In this document: one piece after another, positions 13,138 through 27,528 of the stretch
Layout: each line of letters begins with the position of its first letter
Position numbering within the stretch: the first letter of the stretch is position 1
DNA from: Albugo candida
Taxonomy: Eukaryota
NCBI GenBank assembly: GCA_040437565.1
Contig: JBDOQK010000023.1
Location: 310,001 to 374,000, forward strand
Direction of reading: 5' to 3'
Length of the DNA: 64,000 nucleotides
Notes under the pieces: model-generated
Told to the model about the DNA's origin: nothing
The model's input: only the letters and a program-made list of their open reading frames with translations
The model's database searches: none
Program-made: the position numbers and the translations under genes

Positions 13138-15220
13138 GTTGAAGGTGTCTATATTACTAGAATCAGACTAACGGACTTCTCTAGTTGTCTAGGCTATTTT
13201 AAATAACATATATACATATAAAAAACATTTCGTGAAATACCTGTGAGAGATGATAATATGTCGTCTCGTTGATAATCCCGTATCGTGGTAGCCTCAGCAC
13301 CCTTAATACGAGACTGTGTCCAGCTTGTAAATGCTGTAAAGCTGTAAAGCTGTAAGATTGGTCCAAAAGTACCGTGGTTTGCGAATTGGTGTGCGCCACA
13401 CTATGGTGAGCATAACCAGCCAACTAGGACTAGGATCTGAGTTGCACTTGTCTTTTGACTTGTCTGTGCCGTACCCGCAGTAATGATCTTCGGCTTCTGA
13501 ATATTCCACCAAATGATCCTTGCGTTGCGAGTTGTTCCAAAACTTTAGCAAGCCGAATGCGTTCCGCTTGGTCGTAACACTGTCTTCGAAAGTACCGAAC
13601 GTGAGCACGAGTTGCTGATCGCCGATCGAACAAACAACGATTTCGATCTGTCCTTACGAAGTGCAGTGTCACCGCTTGCAATGCAAGCCATAAATCTGAG
13701 ATAATGTCTAAATAGTCTTTCNNNNNNNNNNNNNNNNNNNNNNNNNNNNNNNNNNNNNNNNNNNNNNNNNNNNNNNNNNNNNNNNNNNNNNNNNNNNNNN
13801 NNNNNNNNNNNNNNNNNNNNNATGTCGGGCTGAATATCCTTCAGGAACCAGAAACGAGATCGAACTGGCAACATCCGAAAGGCTAGAAGAAACTGTAGAT
13901 CTTCGTAAATAGGTAATACACGTTTTCGAAGATGCCGTGATGTAGCCATAAAAGTTCGAACTCGTTCGGAATCCAGTGCGTCCGATCTCTCCCGTGTTGA
14001 CCAATGTGTCGACATCGGATGACTCCTGGTTGGTTCGGGAGGTTTCCAAACGATTCGTGAGAGTTGTGAATGTGGAATAGATGGAAAATAATGTTTCCTT
14101 TCCTTGGTTTTTACTCCCACATAAAATGATCTGCCACTTGTGGTTGGTGTAATTCAAGTGATGAGACCAATCGTCGAGTGGATACGCTGGAGAATCTGAG
14201 TGACTTCATCGTAAAGTCGACTCAGCAACTTTGCTTCAGACATATTCGATGTGTTCAGCTCTTCATCGATGTAATACATGTCGACAGAATCTTCCTTCGT
14301 TGGCCATGTGTCGCTTTCACGAAAAAAGTCTTGCAAACTTCGAACGTCGAAAAGTGTAGCAAATGTTTTTCGAAATGTTCGATGTGGTTCATCGACCATG
14401 CCAAGATTGTACCAAACGTTTTGCGTACTCGGATTGCGAGTAGCAGCTTTGTAATGTAACTTTTGGTCGCAGTGAAACCACATCGGTTGTTCCATGTAGA
14501 ACTGACGGCGTTGTGAAACATCTAAATCTGAACTTGTAATACTCCAATCCATCTGATGCCACATTCTAAGTGCTTGTTTACGCCTTGACGATATACTCCC
14601 CCATTAAACCATTTTCCCATGTCGATTTGGTGCAATGGTGAATATATTCATCGGCTTGTGTGGTCCAAAGGAAGGTTGAATAAGTTGTAATAATTCCGTC
14701 GAAGCAGGTATCCAATTCGCAGGAATACTTGTTGGCGCATCGGATGCGAACTGCTGAAGGAATTGAATATGTTGTAACTTTAGTCGTCCCACCAAAAAAG
14801 GAACTTGTAGTCCACCATCTTGTCGGCGAAGATATAAAAATTCCTTGCCGATCAGGTGAACATGTTTTGAATCTTTCTTGGCTGGATCAACCGCTTCCCA
14901 CACTGCCAGGGACCCGTTTCCCAGTCGACTGAGCTGGAGCAGACCCACCAGCCGATACTAGTCTATGTTCGCTCTCAATTTATGAGGTAGCGTGCGATTG
15001 GTCACCCATGTGCCAGAGTTCATACTAGAACGGGCAGACAATGTAGTCGATCCGATTGAATATAGGGTGGGTGTTCAGAGTGCCTTACTTCCGATTTTTG
15101 CGCTAGAGTCGCCAAGAATGAAGCATAATTTGTGTCGAAATTGCTGTTTGGTGCGTTGTTAAGTTTCGTAAAGTTAAAGCTGCGAGTCTTTCTGAATGGG
15201 GGCATACACGTTATGAACGT
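13138..15220 (-). mobile_element. Degenerate LINE (L1/Tx1-like, oomycete type), internally deleted
   Basis: APE remnant VHNVYAP at ~15200, post-RT motif LYLRRQDGGLQVP, and C-terminal DLQFLLAFRMLPVRSRFWFL. Its 3' end matches the one at 43261. Confidence 0.85.
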
Positions 15221-16401
15221 ACTCTGGAGGCAGTGTTGAATCTAGAGCGGAGAAGAATCCCAACATTGACGGCCCGACAGCGGTAAACATGAGGCATAAT
15301 TCTGCACGAGATGGTGAATCCAAGACCATAATGCCGATTCGAACCCGGGATAAATCTTGATCTAGTGTCATCAGTCATATGTATTTGTCCATCCGGCGTT
15401 GACTTCGTCTTCTATAGTGCACATAAGCCGAGTTTATATCTTACTTAATCGTACTCAAGTGCTGCTACTTGAGTTGTGATGTTAGGCCGTGTACGCTAAA
15501 AAAGTGCCGATCCTTATGTTTCGTAAAACGGCGGACGTGAAGGAAACACTCATTGGGCGGACGTTATCCCTTCGCCCAAAAAGCCATTATATTTGTTCGG
15601 TTGGATCAGCTGCATCCTATCCAAAACGAGTCATCCTTGCCGGATTCAGAATCAGTTCATTGGATAACAGGCAAACCAATGAAGGAAATGAAACAGCATT
15701 ATCAGCGCTGAAACAGCTAAGGGCCTTGATAGAAGCTTGTAATACGTGTTAGTGGAGCGGATATTTACACGTCATAGCTTCTTGTGTGGCCGATCAGGTA
15801 GGATGGTACAAAAATTATGGAATTCAAGTATGATTAGGAGCCAACAATTGAATTTGAGTATAAAGAGAATTGATACGGGACTGGGTACATTTCGTTACTA
15901 CGACAGAGAACAAGCGGAAAGTCTGATTTGATTTTTGCCGTACGATGTCACGATAAAACCGAAGAGAGAAACGGTAGTCATAATGTTCATCGACTTCTAA
16001 CTTGTGAAGATAGATAGATGCAAAAAAAAGAAATAGTCGTCCTTTAGGAATACTTCTTGTGAAAAGCGCATCTTTCGTAGCTAAGCGTGCCTAACAACTG
16101 TGGCAACAAAGAGAAAACCTAAAGTTTGTCACGATAGAAACAACTTCCACTGGAAAAATATGATTGATAAAGATAGCATTATTTCTCAACGCTTGATGCA
16201 AAACACCGACAGTCTGTTTTGGAAATTAAAGACAGCGGCTGAGGGGAGCGCAAATTGGTCGTATTTACGAGAGAGCTTAGCGCCTCCACCACACATTATC
16301 AACAGATCACATGGACTTAACTTGCAAGCGGTTCTATCAGGAAATCGTGTTATCTGATACAACGAATCAGGAGTAAAATAGTATTTTAGTTGCAAGATAA
16401 A

Positions 16402-19069
16402 GGGATCCGCTAACGACCCATCACTTTTCGCTAACGACCCATCACCCCCATATTTCCAGCCAATCATAGACCTCCAGCGGCTTTCCAGGAGAGTCGCGAT
16501 ACAGTACTTTTTAATACAGAAATAATTCATCTTTTAAAATTGGTGTTATTGTTCACGTTGCAAAGCAACGTGGATTGATGAAATCTAAGCTTATTCTAGA
16601 TATATATATAGTAGATTTCCGAAAGAGATATAATTCTATGGACTAAGATGTGATCCCAGGCATCTGTGGGCCAGCCTGGGTACTTCCACTCGTCAGCAGC
16701 GCCAAGCGCTGCAAGATTGCCAGCTGCTGGTAGTGCTGCTGCTCTTAGTGCTGCCGATGCAGGTGCTACTATTGGATTCAGGCAACTCCTTTGATTGTGG
16801 CCAATCTGGCGACAGTTTTCGCATCTTCTTTGTCGCTGTGAAGATGCTTCAACATGCTCAAACTGTGAGGGGTCCCTCTGCGTGGCTGATGTAGGGATCC
16901 TCCTGCTTAGCGAACCAGCAGGTCGGCCACGAGCTCGGATTACAACAGAGTTGTGTACTGTGGCATTAGGTAGTGTTGCAAGGTGGTCACGAATCATCCG
17001 GCGGGGAAATTGTGATGCTTCATTGAATTCATTACGAATTCTCTGCAGATCTGCGTCAATGGATTCATTGTTGTTTGCTTCCAGTAGTGTAATCGCACAA
17101 GCTGGCTTTACCAACCACCAATGCTGGTGGAAATACTCGCAAGCCAGCGGAGATGAAGTGCGGAGGAGATGCTTGCAGGGATGCCATGGGTTGATTGAAA
17201 GTTACCTGAGCATTCGCCTGCTACTTGTCGCTGTTGGTATTGTTTAAAAGCCAGCTTCAATGCGGTCACAGAAATCTTGCCCATGACAGCAGCAAAAGTT
17301 GCCCCAAATTGTAAATAAGCGGTAGCCCGATCCAATGCTGTTTGCTGACGAATTGATGCCAGCTGACCCTCACAGGCAAGCTTGCATGCTGTATCCACTG
17401 TCAGAAGATCGCCATTGGATGCCCGAATTCACTTTCTCAATGTTGCATGTGCACTCTCTACTCGTGAAGTTGTGGTATTTCCAAAATGCAGCTTGCCACG
17501 CAAGAGGTAATCCACAAATCGGTCTTTGTAGATGAGCCATGTCTCTTCATGATATGTCATGACATAACGGGGGCATTCGGTGCGCATTGATGCCATCTGG
17601 GTCTCGTAGTTCTCTGCAGTTTTTGACGAGACAAGTAGATTCCATGCTTGGTTAAGCTTCTGGAAAGCTTCTATTGATGCAAAGGTTTTCGCTGCTTGCT
17701 CAGAGTATTCTTGCTGATGTGCCAGCGACACAGCAAAAAATTTGCATTTGGGAATACTCTCTCTAGTGCATTCATCAGCACCAGCTCGCGATCAGTGACA
17801 AACGTAGTATATGTTGGCAGAGAGAACCTGTTGAAAACCTCACGGATGAGGCGCACGGCCCAAAGGTAATTGTCCTCGTCTTCTGCTGACATGAAGCAGT
17901 ATGCAAATGTGAAGCTTTGGCCAGTAGCGGTAACTCCAACAACATGTGCAATCGGTAGACCAAAGCGATTGGTCTTGTACGTTGAGTCAATGAGCCAGAT
18001 CTTGTTGGCGCTGTATTTGATACAGATTTCTTTTGCAGATGCAGAAACAATAAGCAGGTGAGTGAGCTTGCGCTCATCATCAAACTGGGTGAAGTATGGA
18101 GTGGAGGCATTCGCATCCAGGCTGTCAAGTAGGGCAGCAAGTGATGAGCGTCCACCCAAAACACGCCGTCGCTTGGCTTGCTTGATGTTGTAAATGTCAC
18201 GGGGTGTGACAAAGACATTTTTCCTCCACATGCTTTCCACAATGCGGATAGGTGGGAGACCATCAAGGATTATACCAAGAACCAGAGCGCGCTGTTCATT
18301 TGTAAGTGCGCGACCTTGTGGATGAACCTTGGGGTCCACAAAAGCTTCATGATTGTGGTCATGCCTGCCAAGCTCTACCATCCATTCAAGTTCTGCACGC
18401 CGACGACTCAACAAGCTAAACTTGCAAGCGGTAGCGCGACTTCCTTGTATGCGTTGACGCTGTTGTTGCTTTAAAGAAGTGGTCCGTAGTCTTCCACTGC
18501 ACGAGCATGCTAGGTCAAGTCCTTTGACTTCTCCAGAGGGTTTGTTCCCAACGTGTCTGGTGCGCAAGATGGTCATTATATACCCTTCATCTTGGAACAA
18601 CTTGTTAACCGCATCACGGGCTTCCTTCAAAGTACCAAATACATGGTCAGGAAGAGATTCAAGGNNNNNNNNNNNNNNNNNNNNNNNNNNNNNNNNNNNN
18701 NNNNNNNNNNNNNNNNNNNNNNNNNNNNNNNNNNNNNNNNNNNNNNNNNNNNNNNNNNNNNNNNACTTGTTAACCGCATCACGGGCTTCCTTCAAAGTAC
18801 CAAATACATGGTCAGGAAGAGATTCAAGGTTAAGGGGGTTCATCGTTGATATGATAAGGCTGACAAAGACTGATATGAGTGGAGATCGGAAGTTGGAAAG
18901 AAGATGGCAAGAAGATGGCAACTATGAACTTGGCAAAGGTGAGCTATTTTGTATTCTGGAAAAATACTGTATCGCGACTCCCCTGGAAAGCCACTGGAGG
19001 TCTGTGACTGGCTGGAATTATGGAGGTGATGGGTCGTTAGCGAAAAGTGATGGGTCGTTAGCGGGTCCC
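16402..19069 (-). mobile_element. Mutator-like (MULE) DNA transposon with long TIRs and frameshifted transposase
   Basis: ~130 bp TIRs (GGGATCCGCTAACGACCCATCAC.. / ..GTGATGGGTCGTTAGCGGGTCCC). Imperfect 9-bp flanks caagataaa/aaaaataaa. Transposase motifs HNH, IDSTYKTNRFGLP, VTDRE, LLCRWHI, TTSRVESAH and a C-terminal CxxC..GHN..C knuckle. Confidence 0.93.
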
Positions 19070-20608
19070 AAAAATAAATTGTAGAGTAAGATTTTTGACA
19101 CCTGAGCGGCTCGCGCAACGGGTCACAAGTTTCCAAAAGAGAAAGACTAAGCGCTATCAAAATTAGAGTGCTTACATTTGGTCACGTATAACACGTAAGG
19201 AATGCTACCTACCATATGCTGCTTGGCATTTGTCCTCTTATGGTAGACTGGATCTCAATATTTCATCGTCTACATCGCAAAAATGGTTTGGAATCAGTGT
19301 TCACCTTCATTGATGTATGGAACGATGCGCGAATAAGTATGCTGACAAGCAATCTGGACGCGAGCGCTATATCAAGATATCACATTGCCATTTTTTGCGA
19401 GATGGCTTGGATGCACTATAGTCAGCATGAAAGATAGCAGCACATGAGAAAGCATCAGTCAATCACAAGACTAAGGCAGCGGATCAAATACATGAAGAGC
19501 ACCGGTCTCTTGAGATTCATCATCGTCCCAATTATATGTAGCAGCTTTGCAGACATCCTTTGAATGAGAAAAACGTGAACTATACTCGCTGCTTCCTACG
19601 ATGATTGAAAACTTGATCGATATGACTCTTTTCTACATCATCAAAGTTATCTTGCGAAGCATTTTGAGATGGGTGTTTGCTGACGGGATTAAGTTTCTCA
19701 TGTGCAGTGCTGTATATATAAGTAATAGACCGAATAGAATCGAACCGAATCGATCGAGAAGCAACAGGTTTGCAATACGGATTGAGTGTTGCTACGAGAA
19801 GCAAACTATCTATCGCACGACAATTGTATGCTCGGATGTAATCTTCTCACGTTCCCACTACTTTGGCGATGATCAACTCAGTCTAGTTCGATGAGCCTTT
19901 ACTGCTCTCCTCGTCCCAAGCTACTGCAAGGTAAGAAGAAATTCTTTTATATTTGACTAGGTGCTCCGTTTTACGAGTTCATGTATCTAGTAGAGTCCTA
20001 TAAGAGGGCACCTCTCACCAAAGTCGATAGAATGCGTCGCGCTCAGGAAAATCAATGGTTGTGGAAGCAAGCCCATTACGTTAGCTACGTGTGGTGGTCT
20101 CCGGATTAGACTACTCGAGGCCCTTGATCGGAGGGTTAGAATAATTTAGAAACACTACGCAGCAGTTCAGAGCAAAAGTATGTATATTACTTTTCTAAGG
20201 TCCATAGTTCACTGTACTCGTAGCCTAAGCCTTAAGAAACGTTCCGCCCACAGCCATTGGTTTATTGTCCAATAGACATGAACAAGACTGATGTGTGCAA
20301 CACATCTACTTGTACTGTAATATCAATAATACAATGATGTACAGATACGTTACATATCCGATTGGTTTCCATTTACCCGCCATTATCCACCACACTATGC
20401 AATGATCTCAATATGAGTATGTGAATTGCTCACGTTCTTTACGTAAGTCCACTTGTATAGAGTTGTAACAACGTATTCTGCCACTGATGATGACACGACG
20501 TAAGAACTACTGTCTGCAGCGATGCAAGAGGTCAAGCTTCCAACTGCGTCTCATTCATTATTTTATCCCATTTTGTACTGGAAAAACCAGATCAAGCCGT
20601 TAGATGAC

Positions 20609-21746
20609 CTAGCACTGAGCACCTCGGCGGCTTTTTGCGAAAAACCATTTATTTCGTTTTCTCTCATTCCAGGATGTAGAAAGTAATGCTTTGAAGAAGC
20701 AAAATGAGTTTTTTTCTGGATGTTCTAACGTAGAAGTACGACTAACCCAGCCATGCGCGTCCTTACGACGTCGAGACTGTCGAGTTTTCGAACACGCTTC
20801 TCCGAAGTCTCTCACTGGTGTTCTTCCTATCCCAATCATTGCTGACGCATAATGCACGATGTTGTCGAGCACCTGTTGATTCGCTACACCGCAGGCGTCT
20901 CTCACGGCAACCAAGTAGAGATAGTGTTCTGGCCAGCTTCGCTTAGGGTCCTTACGCGCCGTAAAGACCTGTATCGACTGGGATGCCGTGAACATGGTCT
21001 AGAAAGTCTGCAGTAGCCTTTTCATGACGTTGCCTAGTGTCGGTATTTGTGTCCACCACACATCCAACTGCTTGTTGTAATACCGTTCTGCGGTGCCGCT
21101 CAAATAGTGTCCAAGCAAGTCAGCTTTGACTTCTTCCGACCAGGCAAAACCGCACGCGTGCTTTGCCGTTGTGACCCGTCTCAGGAACGTTTGCCCCCAG
21201 TCAAGGAATCCGGAGCCGAGCCCATGGTAGAGCTCGCTCCCGTCAAACTTCCTGATTGCCAGCTTTCGCTGACGTGCGTCTGGAACTTGACGCACAGGTC
21301 CCGCTGCCTGGTGCTGATGCCTCTGCTGCGCGGGGAAGCGCTGACCCGGCTTCGCTGCCACGTACTGCGGCCCGAGTGGCTCAGCGTGCACTTCTTGCGC
21401 CGGCGACGCTTCTTGTCGCCTCGGCGGCGAGTTTCTCAAGCGCGTTTAGATTCATTGGACCCGCGTTTCCCATGTTTCACCCGATCAAAGAGCTAAAAAG
21501 ACCGCTCTCGATCGTGCCTCGCAGTCGCTCGTTCTCATTGATCTGCTTCTGAGACGCTTCCATGCTCTCCATGCGACCTTCGAGCCCCATGAGCATCTTG
21601 AGGATCCTTTCGTTTACGTCCGCGCTCCTTTCGTGGGCTGGCGGGTCGACGACAATGGCAGATGCCAGCATGGCCCTTTCGTGGCCGGTAATTGGCGGCG
21701 GTTGGACCGTGTTTCTGGTGTCGTCGTAGTTTGTACCTGGGCTCAT
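20609..21746 (-). mobile_element. LTR retrotransposon gag remnant (oomycete copia-type)
   Basis: [24 protein letters not shown]...[22 protein letters not shown], followed by RKDPKRSWPEHYLYLVAV, with internal stops. Confidence 0.75.
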
Positions 21747-22299
21747 AACCTGTTCGATATAGAATCACTGTGATAAAAGAATTATGTAAATAGGTTATCC
21801 CTGCCTACAGGTCACACACTTTCTTGCTGGTAAGAGTTCTTCACCAACCAATCGGTTGGTTGTAGCCCTAACGCCTTGTCTATCCTCTGCAAATACCAAT
21901 GAGCAAAAAAGGTTCTGCCGTCAGTCGCATTCCGAACCGTTTCGTGTGCTGGTTCTCATTCCTTTCAACAACATATGTGCTACATGATCACGGCCTCTTC
22001 TCCGTCTTCACGTCTTACTGTTGGAATATGGTAAATTTGTGGTCCACGCGACATTGAAATAGTTCAGCCATGGGCGACTTTCCGTCGCTACGACGTCATT
22101 GACCGACCGTGCTGTTTGAAATAGTGCGCGATATTGTGCTTTGTATGCGGACAGGATACATAGGAGTTGAATATGATAGCAGTTAATAAAAGTACATACA
22201 TTTGTTTGCACCAAAACAAAGAGGAAGGGGGAATTCATACTTCCATCTCTGCTAACAAAGGCACATTAAAGCTCTCAAACTGCCACTCTCTCGTCACGC

Positions 22300-24414
22300 C
22301 ATCCAACCTTTGCTAATGGAAGACCCGCCCTCTGCATGTTACCCTTCTCTAAAAAAAGCAGAGGACGCGTTCAAAGCCTTTGCCATGCAGAACTGGTTCG
22401 CCGTCAACCCTGCTCAGTTAAAGACTGGCACGAAAATACGGAAGGTCTGGTTGAAGTGTGCACATGCCCGAGTACACAAAGTTGAAGATAGCGGCCTTCG
22501 TCGGACGTCAACAATAAAAACAAATTGCAAGTGGCAAGCTGTCATCCAGAGAACAATAAGCGACGATGAATTCGTTCACCTATGTCTGGAATTTCGAAGT
22601 CCTCCCTGGTGGGCATAGCGGGCAAAATCACGCAGAAGGCCCTGCCGCATATGCAATAAACCTAGTAATACAACCCGAAAAAGAACTGCAAGTGATGAAA
22701 ATGACAAAGACTGGGGCAACGTCTCGCGTAATCCTTGCGACACTTCGTCATAACGACCCGTGTTGCTTACTGGTTGGATAAGATGTGTACAATACCAAGG
22801 AAAGGGTATGGCGATCACAATTTGCCTCCTAATGTTTACTTTGACGAAGGTTCTAAAGAGCCTTTTTTAGGTAAGGAACTCTGCGTTAAACGGCCGACGA
22901 CCAGTCGAGGCTCTTTTAGACCGTTTTAAGAAGGAAAAGATCTACCACAAGCTCCGGCAGAGCGATAGTCGAGAGCTGACTTGTTTATTCTTTGCTCCAA
23001 CAACGGCTGTATCACTTGCAGCGGAATTCGCGGCATGCAGTGCGTAGCACAATCTTCAATGTTACAACAATTATGCTTGCTTTTCCACTGATCAGCCCCA
23101 TTGTCTCTTTGTGCATACAGGTTTTTATAATGGAATCAACGTACAAGACAAACTGGTAAAGCTTGATGGTTTTGCTAAGCGTTACCAGCGTCAGGCGTAA
23201 GTAACTGCCGATATTACAGATATAAACCGCCGTTGTTGCATATCGTTGGGATTACGCCAACAAACCAGACATTATCGCTGTCTTACGCCTTCCTTTCCGA
23301 AGAAAGCGAAAGAGACTACGTATGGGCTCTATGTCAATTTCGGGACTGCTTTGGGCATTTGCTTAGTTCCGGCAAAATAACTGTGGTTGTGGATCGTGTA
23401 CTGGCGCTAATTGCAGGCATAAAAATGGCATCCCCAAGTGCTACTCTGCTGATCTGCTGTTGGCATATAAACCAGAATGTGCAAGCAAGAGCGAAGCGAC
23501 ACTTTAGCAAGACAGAGGAGTACGACAAATTCTGAATCCAGTGGATGGCTTTCTGCGACGCACCTACAGAAGCGGTTTACCACAAGCAATGGTAATTCCT
23601 TCTGCCAAGCTTGCCGCTGCAATTGGCAAAATACTTGGACGACACTTGGCTTGACAAGCACAAGGAGAAATTTTTTACTGCCTGGACCATGGATGCCCTT
23701 CATTTTGGGCATGCTGTCACGTCGCGTGTAGAGGGGAGCCATGCATTTCTAAAACAGGGGATTGCTGTTTCAACACTTGACTTCGATGAAGTGTACAGCA
23801 TAATTGTCCTCTCTGAAGATGCCCAACGCCGCGAAATCAGCCGAAAGATCGGTCTTGAACGCATGCAGCCTCCAATAAAAGTTAAAGCCCAACTCTGGGG
23901 CAACGGCGTTCGCAAAATTTCAGCCCATGCAATGGGCAAGGTATGTGAACAATGCATGCAGGGGGCTTAACACGTCCTCCGAAGTCAGATGTTGTCAAAC
24001 TATAGATCTTTGGAGGTTTCAGACTTCCATATGCATTGGTGGCTCCACCAGCCATCACCGCCTCCAGATGCACAGCAAGAGCAAAATTCCACCATATTGT
24101 GGAGTCGCTTGTAACACGGTACAAGGAGATGAGCGAATACCCGCAGGCCATGCTTCGAACCACACTTGAAGCATTAGATTCCTCGCACGCATCTGACATG
24201 AACAATCCGGTAGTAGCGAAAACAAGTGAGCGGCCATTGGGTTCGCAAAACCGTTCGTCAACAAGGCGCGATCCTTCGCTTTTTGAGCATGTGCGCCGCA
24301 AGAAGCGAAAATGCGGGCATTGCAAGGATGAAGGACACTACAGGTCCACTTTTTTTCATTGCTTAGTTGCTTGCGGCGGAAAATATGCCGGTATCAGAAC
24401 AATCAGCCAAATTG
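22300..24414 (+). mobile_element. Degenerate MULE transposase (second family), with apparent introns
   Basis: MESTYKTN, LLHIVGIT, YAFLSEESERDYVWAL, VVDR, LICCWHIN, TSRVEGSH and RDPSLFEH..CGHCKDEGH, broken by stops and frameshifts. Confidence 0.85.
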
Positions 24415-25189
24415 NNNNNNNNNNNNNNNNNNNNNNNNNNNNNNNNNNNNNNNNNNNNNNNNNNNNNNNNNNNNNNNNNNNNNNNNNNNNNNNNNNNNNN
24501 NNNNNNNNNNNNNNAGCAAAGGGGGGGGGTCCGGTTGGCAGCTCCCTAAATTTTTTCGGATATTAGGTCAGAGCAGATCCCGAGCAATAGTGGAGGGCGA
24601 GCTGCTAGTAGGAAGCATAAAAGGTATAGCTTGCCGTTTTTGCTGTCCTCGTCTGATATAATCGACGGACGCCCACTACGATTCTACAACTATTTTATAC
24701 AACATGCGGCAATTTCATGCTATTATTGCAAGTGTGCATGCTCTTTCTGACGAATTATGCTGAAGCGCACTCCATCTAAGCACTATCATTTCACTATCTG
24801 TAGTCTAACAAGTAACGTGTCTCTTTAGCTAGAGCTTTCTCAGCCGAATACTACGAAAGTCACATTTCCTTTATCGTGCTTAAGAATGACGCCCAGGGTG
24901 CTTCCCAGCGCTCTTCCAGTACTCTGTTACATGCAATACATGACGAGATATTGCGTACCATTGAAGCAGAAGCGTGGTCAGGTACATGCTCGTACAGAAT
25001 TGGATTATTCGGGCATCTTTAAGCTATTTCTAGCAGTATAATGTGCAACTACTTGGAAGAAGGTTTCCGCGTAGCGTTTGAGTCAACGCACCCGTTCAGA
25101 TGATCATGCTCAACAAGCCCATTGCTCCGAATCAAAGTGAAGAAGATCAATGGAAGGTAGCCGGGAGTTCAGAGATATCGTTCCGCAGT

Positions 25190-27445
25190 GTTTATGACCT
25201 CTTTTGTCGCGGATGCCACACGATCCCCTTCGTTTCTAGTAGTGCAAAGACTCTGTAATGTTGTAGACAAGAGTCAATTATATCGATTGTTTGCAAGGAA
25301 AGTGAGATACGACCACTCATTGTGGGCCTAAATGTGCTTGTGTTCGAGCAGATTGCATTTAATTGGAGGTTACCAAGTTTCTTAATGCTGGAGAATAATG
25401 TCATTCATAATAATGATGCACTACATACCGCTCGATGACGATTCCTGGCTACTTCGCATCGGGATAAAGAATCTACAGGATGACATTCGGTTGTACGAGA
25501 TCATGGAGGAATATCATTGCATGACATTGAGTTTTTCGTTCAAGCAGTAATCAGATCGCTTTTCGTGCTTCCGATATAGTTGCAGCTGCGATTGTAGAGT
25601 GCCGATACTAGAATCGACATTATGACGCCGGCGAATGATATTATTCGTCAGCTGTGATTTCCAGCACTATATATACTTGTATAGAAACTATAAAAAACAA
25701 AATACAGACGTGCCCGTGAGCGTGTTGATAAAGAGCGCTTCCCCATTGTTCAGAAACGAGTCTTTGTTCGCATGTTCTTCGAAGCTAAAGACTTCATGTC
25801 GAAAGGATACCTTCACCTGCAAGTTTTGGAGTTGGAGTCCATCACTATATAGTCTTCCAATCACATTATTTGTCTCATTACCGCTCTTTTGAGAGACTGT
25901 ACGGTTGCGTTCTTCGATGATCTGGATAAGCAAAAAGATGTGATTCTAGTCTAGAATTAGCGACCAACATTCGGAGTCCCAAGCAAATGTTTTTGAAAGG
26001 TGTTGCTCCAAAACATTCGGCATTTTGTTCAATACTGATACTGAACTAGCTTTTGATATAGATGAGTGGAGATAATCACTACGAAAGTTTCGCTTGTCGC
26101 GTGAGGTGTCTTTTCTGACATATCAAACACATTAATTGTCATGTCAGGCACCAGCCTCTTGTTTCTTTATCTACAATAGTCAATATACGAATAATAATCA
26201 CTTTGAGTGAAACAAAGTCCATTTTAAGTCTTATTTTTGTGGACACATATGTAAACTTTTGCTCAGATTCATGCTACTGGGTGGACGGGAATGCCATGCA
26301 CAAAACTCGTGAGAACACTACAGGCTTTAAAACAGTCTAGCGAGTGCTGTTCTACATACGACTGGCCATAAACGATTATAATGATGTACAATAGTTTCGT
26401 CTGGAAACTATTGTACATCATTATAATCGTTTATGGCCAGTCGTATGTAGAACAGCACTCGCTAGNNNNNNNNNNNNNNNNNNNNNNNNNNNNNNNNNNN
26501 NNNNNNNNNNNNNNNNNNNNNNNNNNNNNNNNNNNNNNNNNNNNNNNNNNNNNNNNNNNNNNNNNGCAGTAATCAGATCGCTTTTCGTGCTTCCGATATA
26601 GTTGCAGCTGCGATTGTAGAGTGCCGATACTAGAATCGACATTATGACGCCGGCGAATGATATTATTCGTCAGCTGTGATTTCCAGCACTATATATACTT
26701 GTATAGAAACTATAAAAAACAAAATACAGACGTGCCCGTGAGCGTGTTGATAAAGAGCGCTTCCCCATTGTTCAGAAACGAGTCTTTGTTCGCATGTTCT
26801 TCGAAGCTAAAGACTTCATGTCGAAAGGATACCTTCACCTGCAAGTTTTGGAGTTGGAGTCCATCACTATATAGTCTTCCAATCACATTATTTGTCTCAT
26901 TACCGCTCTTTTGAGAGACTGTACGGTTGCGTTCTTCGATGATCTGGATAAGCAAAAAGATGTGATTCTAGTCTAGAATTAGCGACCAACATTCGGAGTC
27001 CCAAGCAAATGTTTTTGAAAGGTGTTGCTCCAAAACATTCGGCATTTTGTTCAATACTGATACTGAACTAGCTTTTGATATAGATGAGTGGAGATAATCA
27101 CTACGAAAGTTTCGCTTGTCGCGTGAGGTGTCTTTTCTGACATATCAAACACATTAATTGTCATGTCAGGCACCAGCCTCTTGTTTCTTTATCTACAATA
27201 GTCAATATACGAATAATAATCACTTTGAGTGAAACAAAGTCCATTTTAAGTCTTATTTTTGTGGACACATATGTAAACTTTTGCTCAGATTCATGCTACT
27301 GGGTGGACGGGAATGCCATGCACAAAACTCGTGAGAACACTACAGGCTTTAAAACAGTCTAGCGAGTGCTGTTCTACATACGACTGGCCATAAACGATTA
27401 TAATGATGTACAATAGTTTCCAGACGAAACTAGAAGACTAATCGA
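25190..27445 (-). pseudogene. Possible decayed secreted Cys-containing protein (region duplicated across a gap)
   Basis: Signal-peptide-like SFVWKLLYIIIIVYG lacking an ATG, then DCFKAC and LMCLIC fragments broken by stops. Confidence 0.3.
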
Positions 27446-27528
27446 GGTGCAATTCAAAATGTTTGAGTATTTTTTATTGAGCTGGGAAAGCACTCATCAA
27501 TATACACGAACTCGAAATGAGGCACAGG

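Noticed and set aside
15489-16357. Chain of short plus-strand ORFs
   Set aside because: Possibly a gene remnant, but no identifiable homology.
18600-18829. Duplicated transposase N-terminus
   Set aside because: Gap-flank overlap.
25545-27420. ~850-bp direct duplication plus inverted repeat at ~26335-26465
   Set aside because: Exact copies around a gap with a fold-back at the contig end; assembly artefact.
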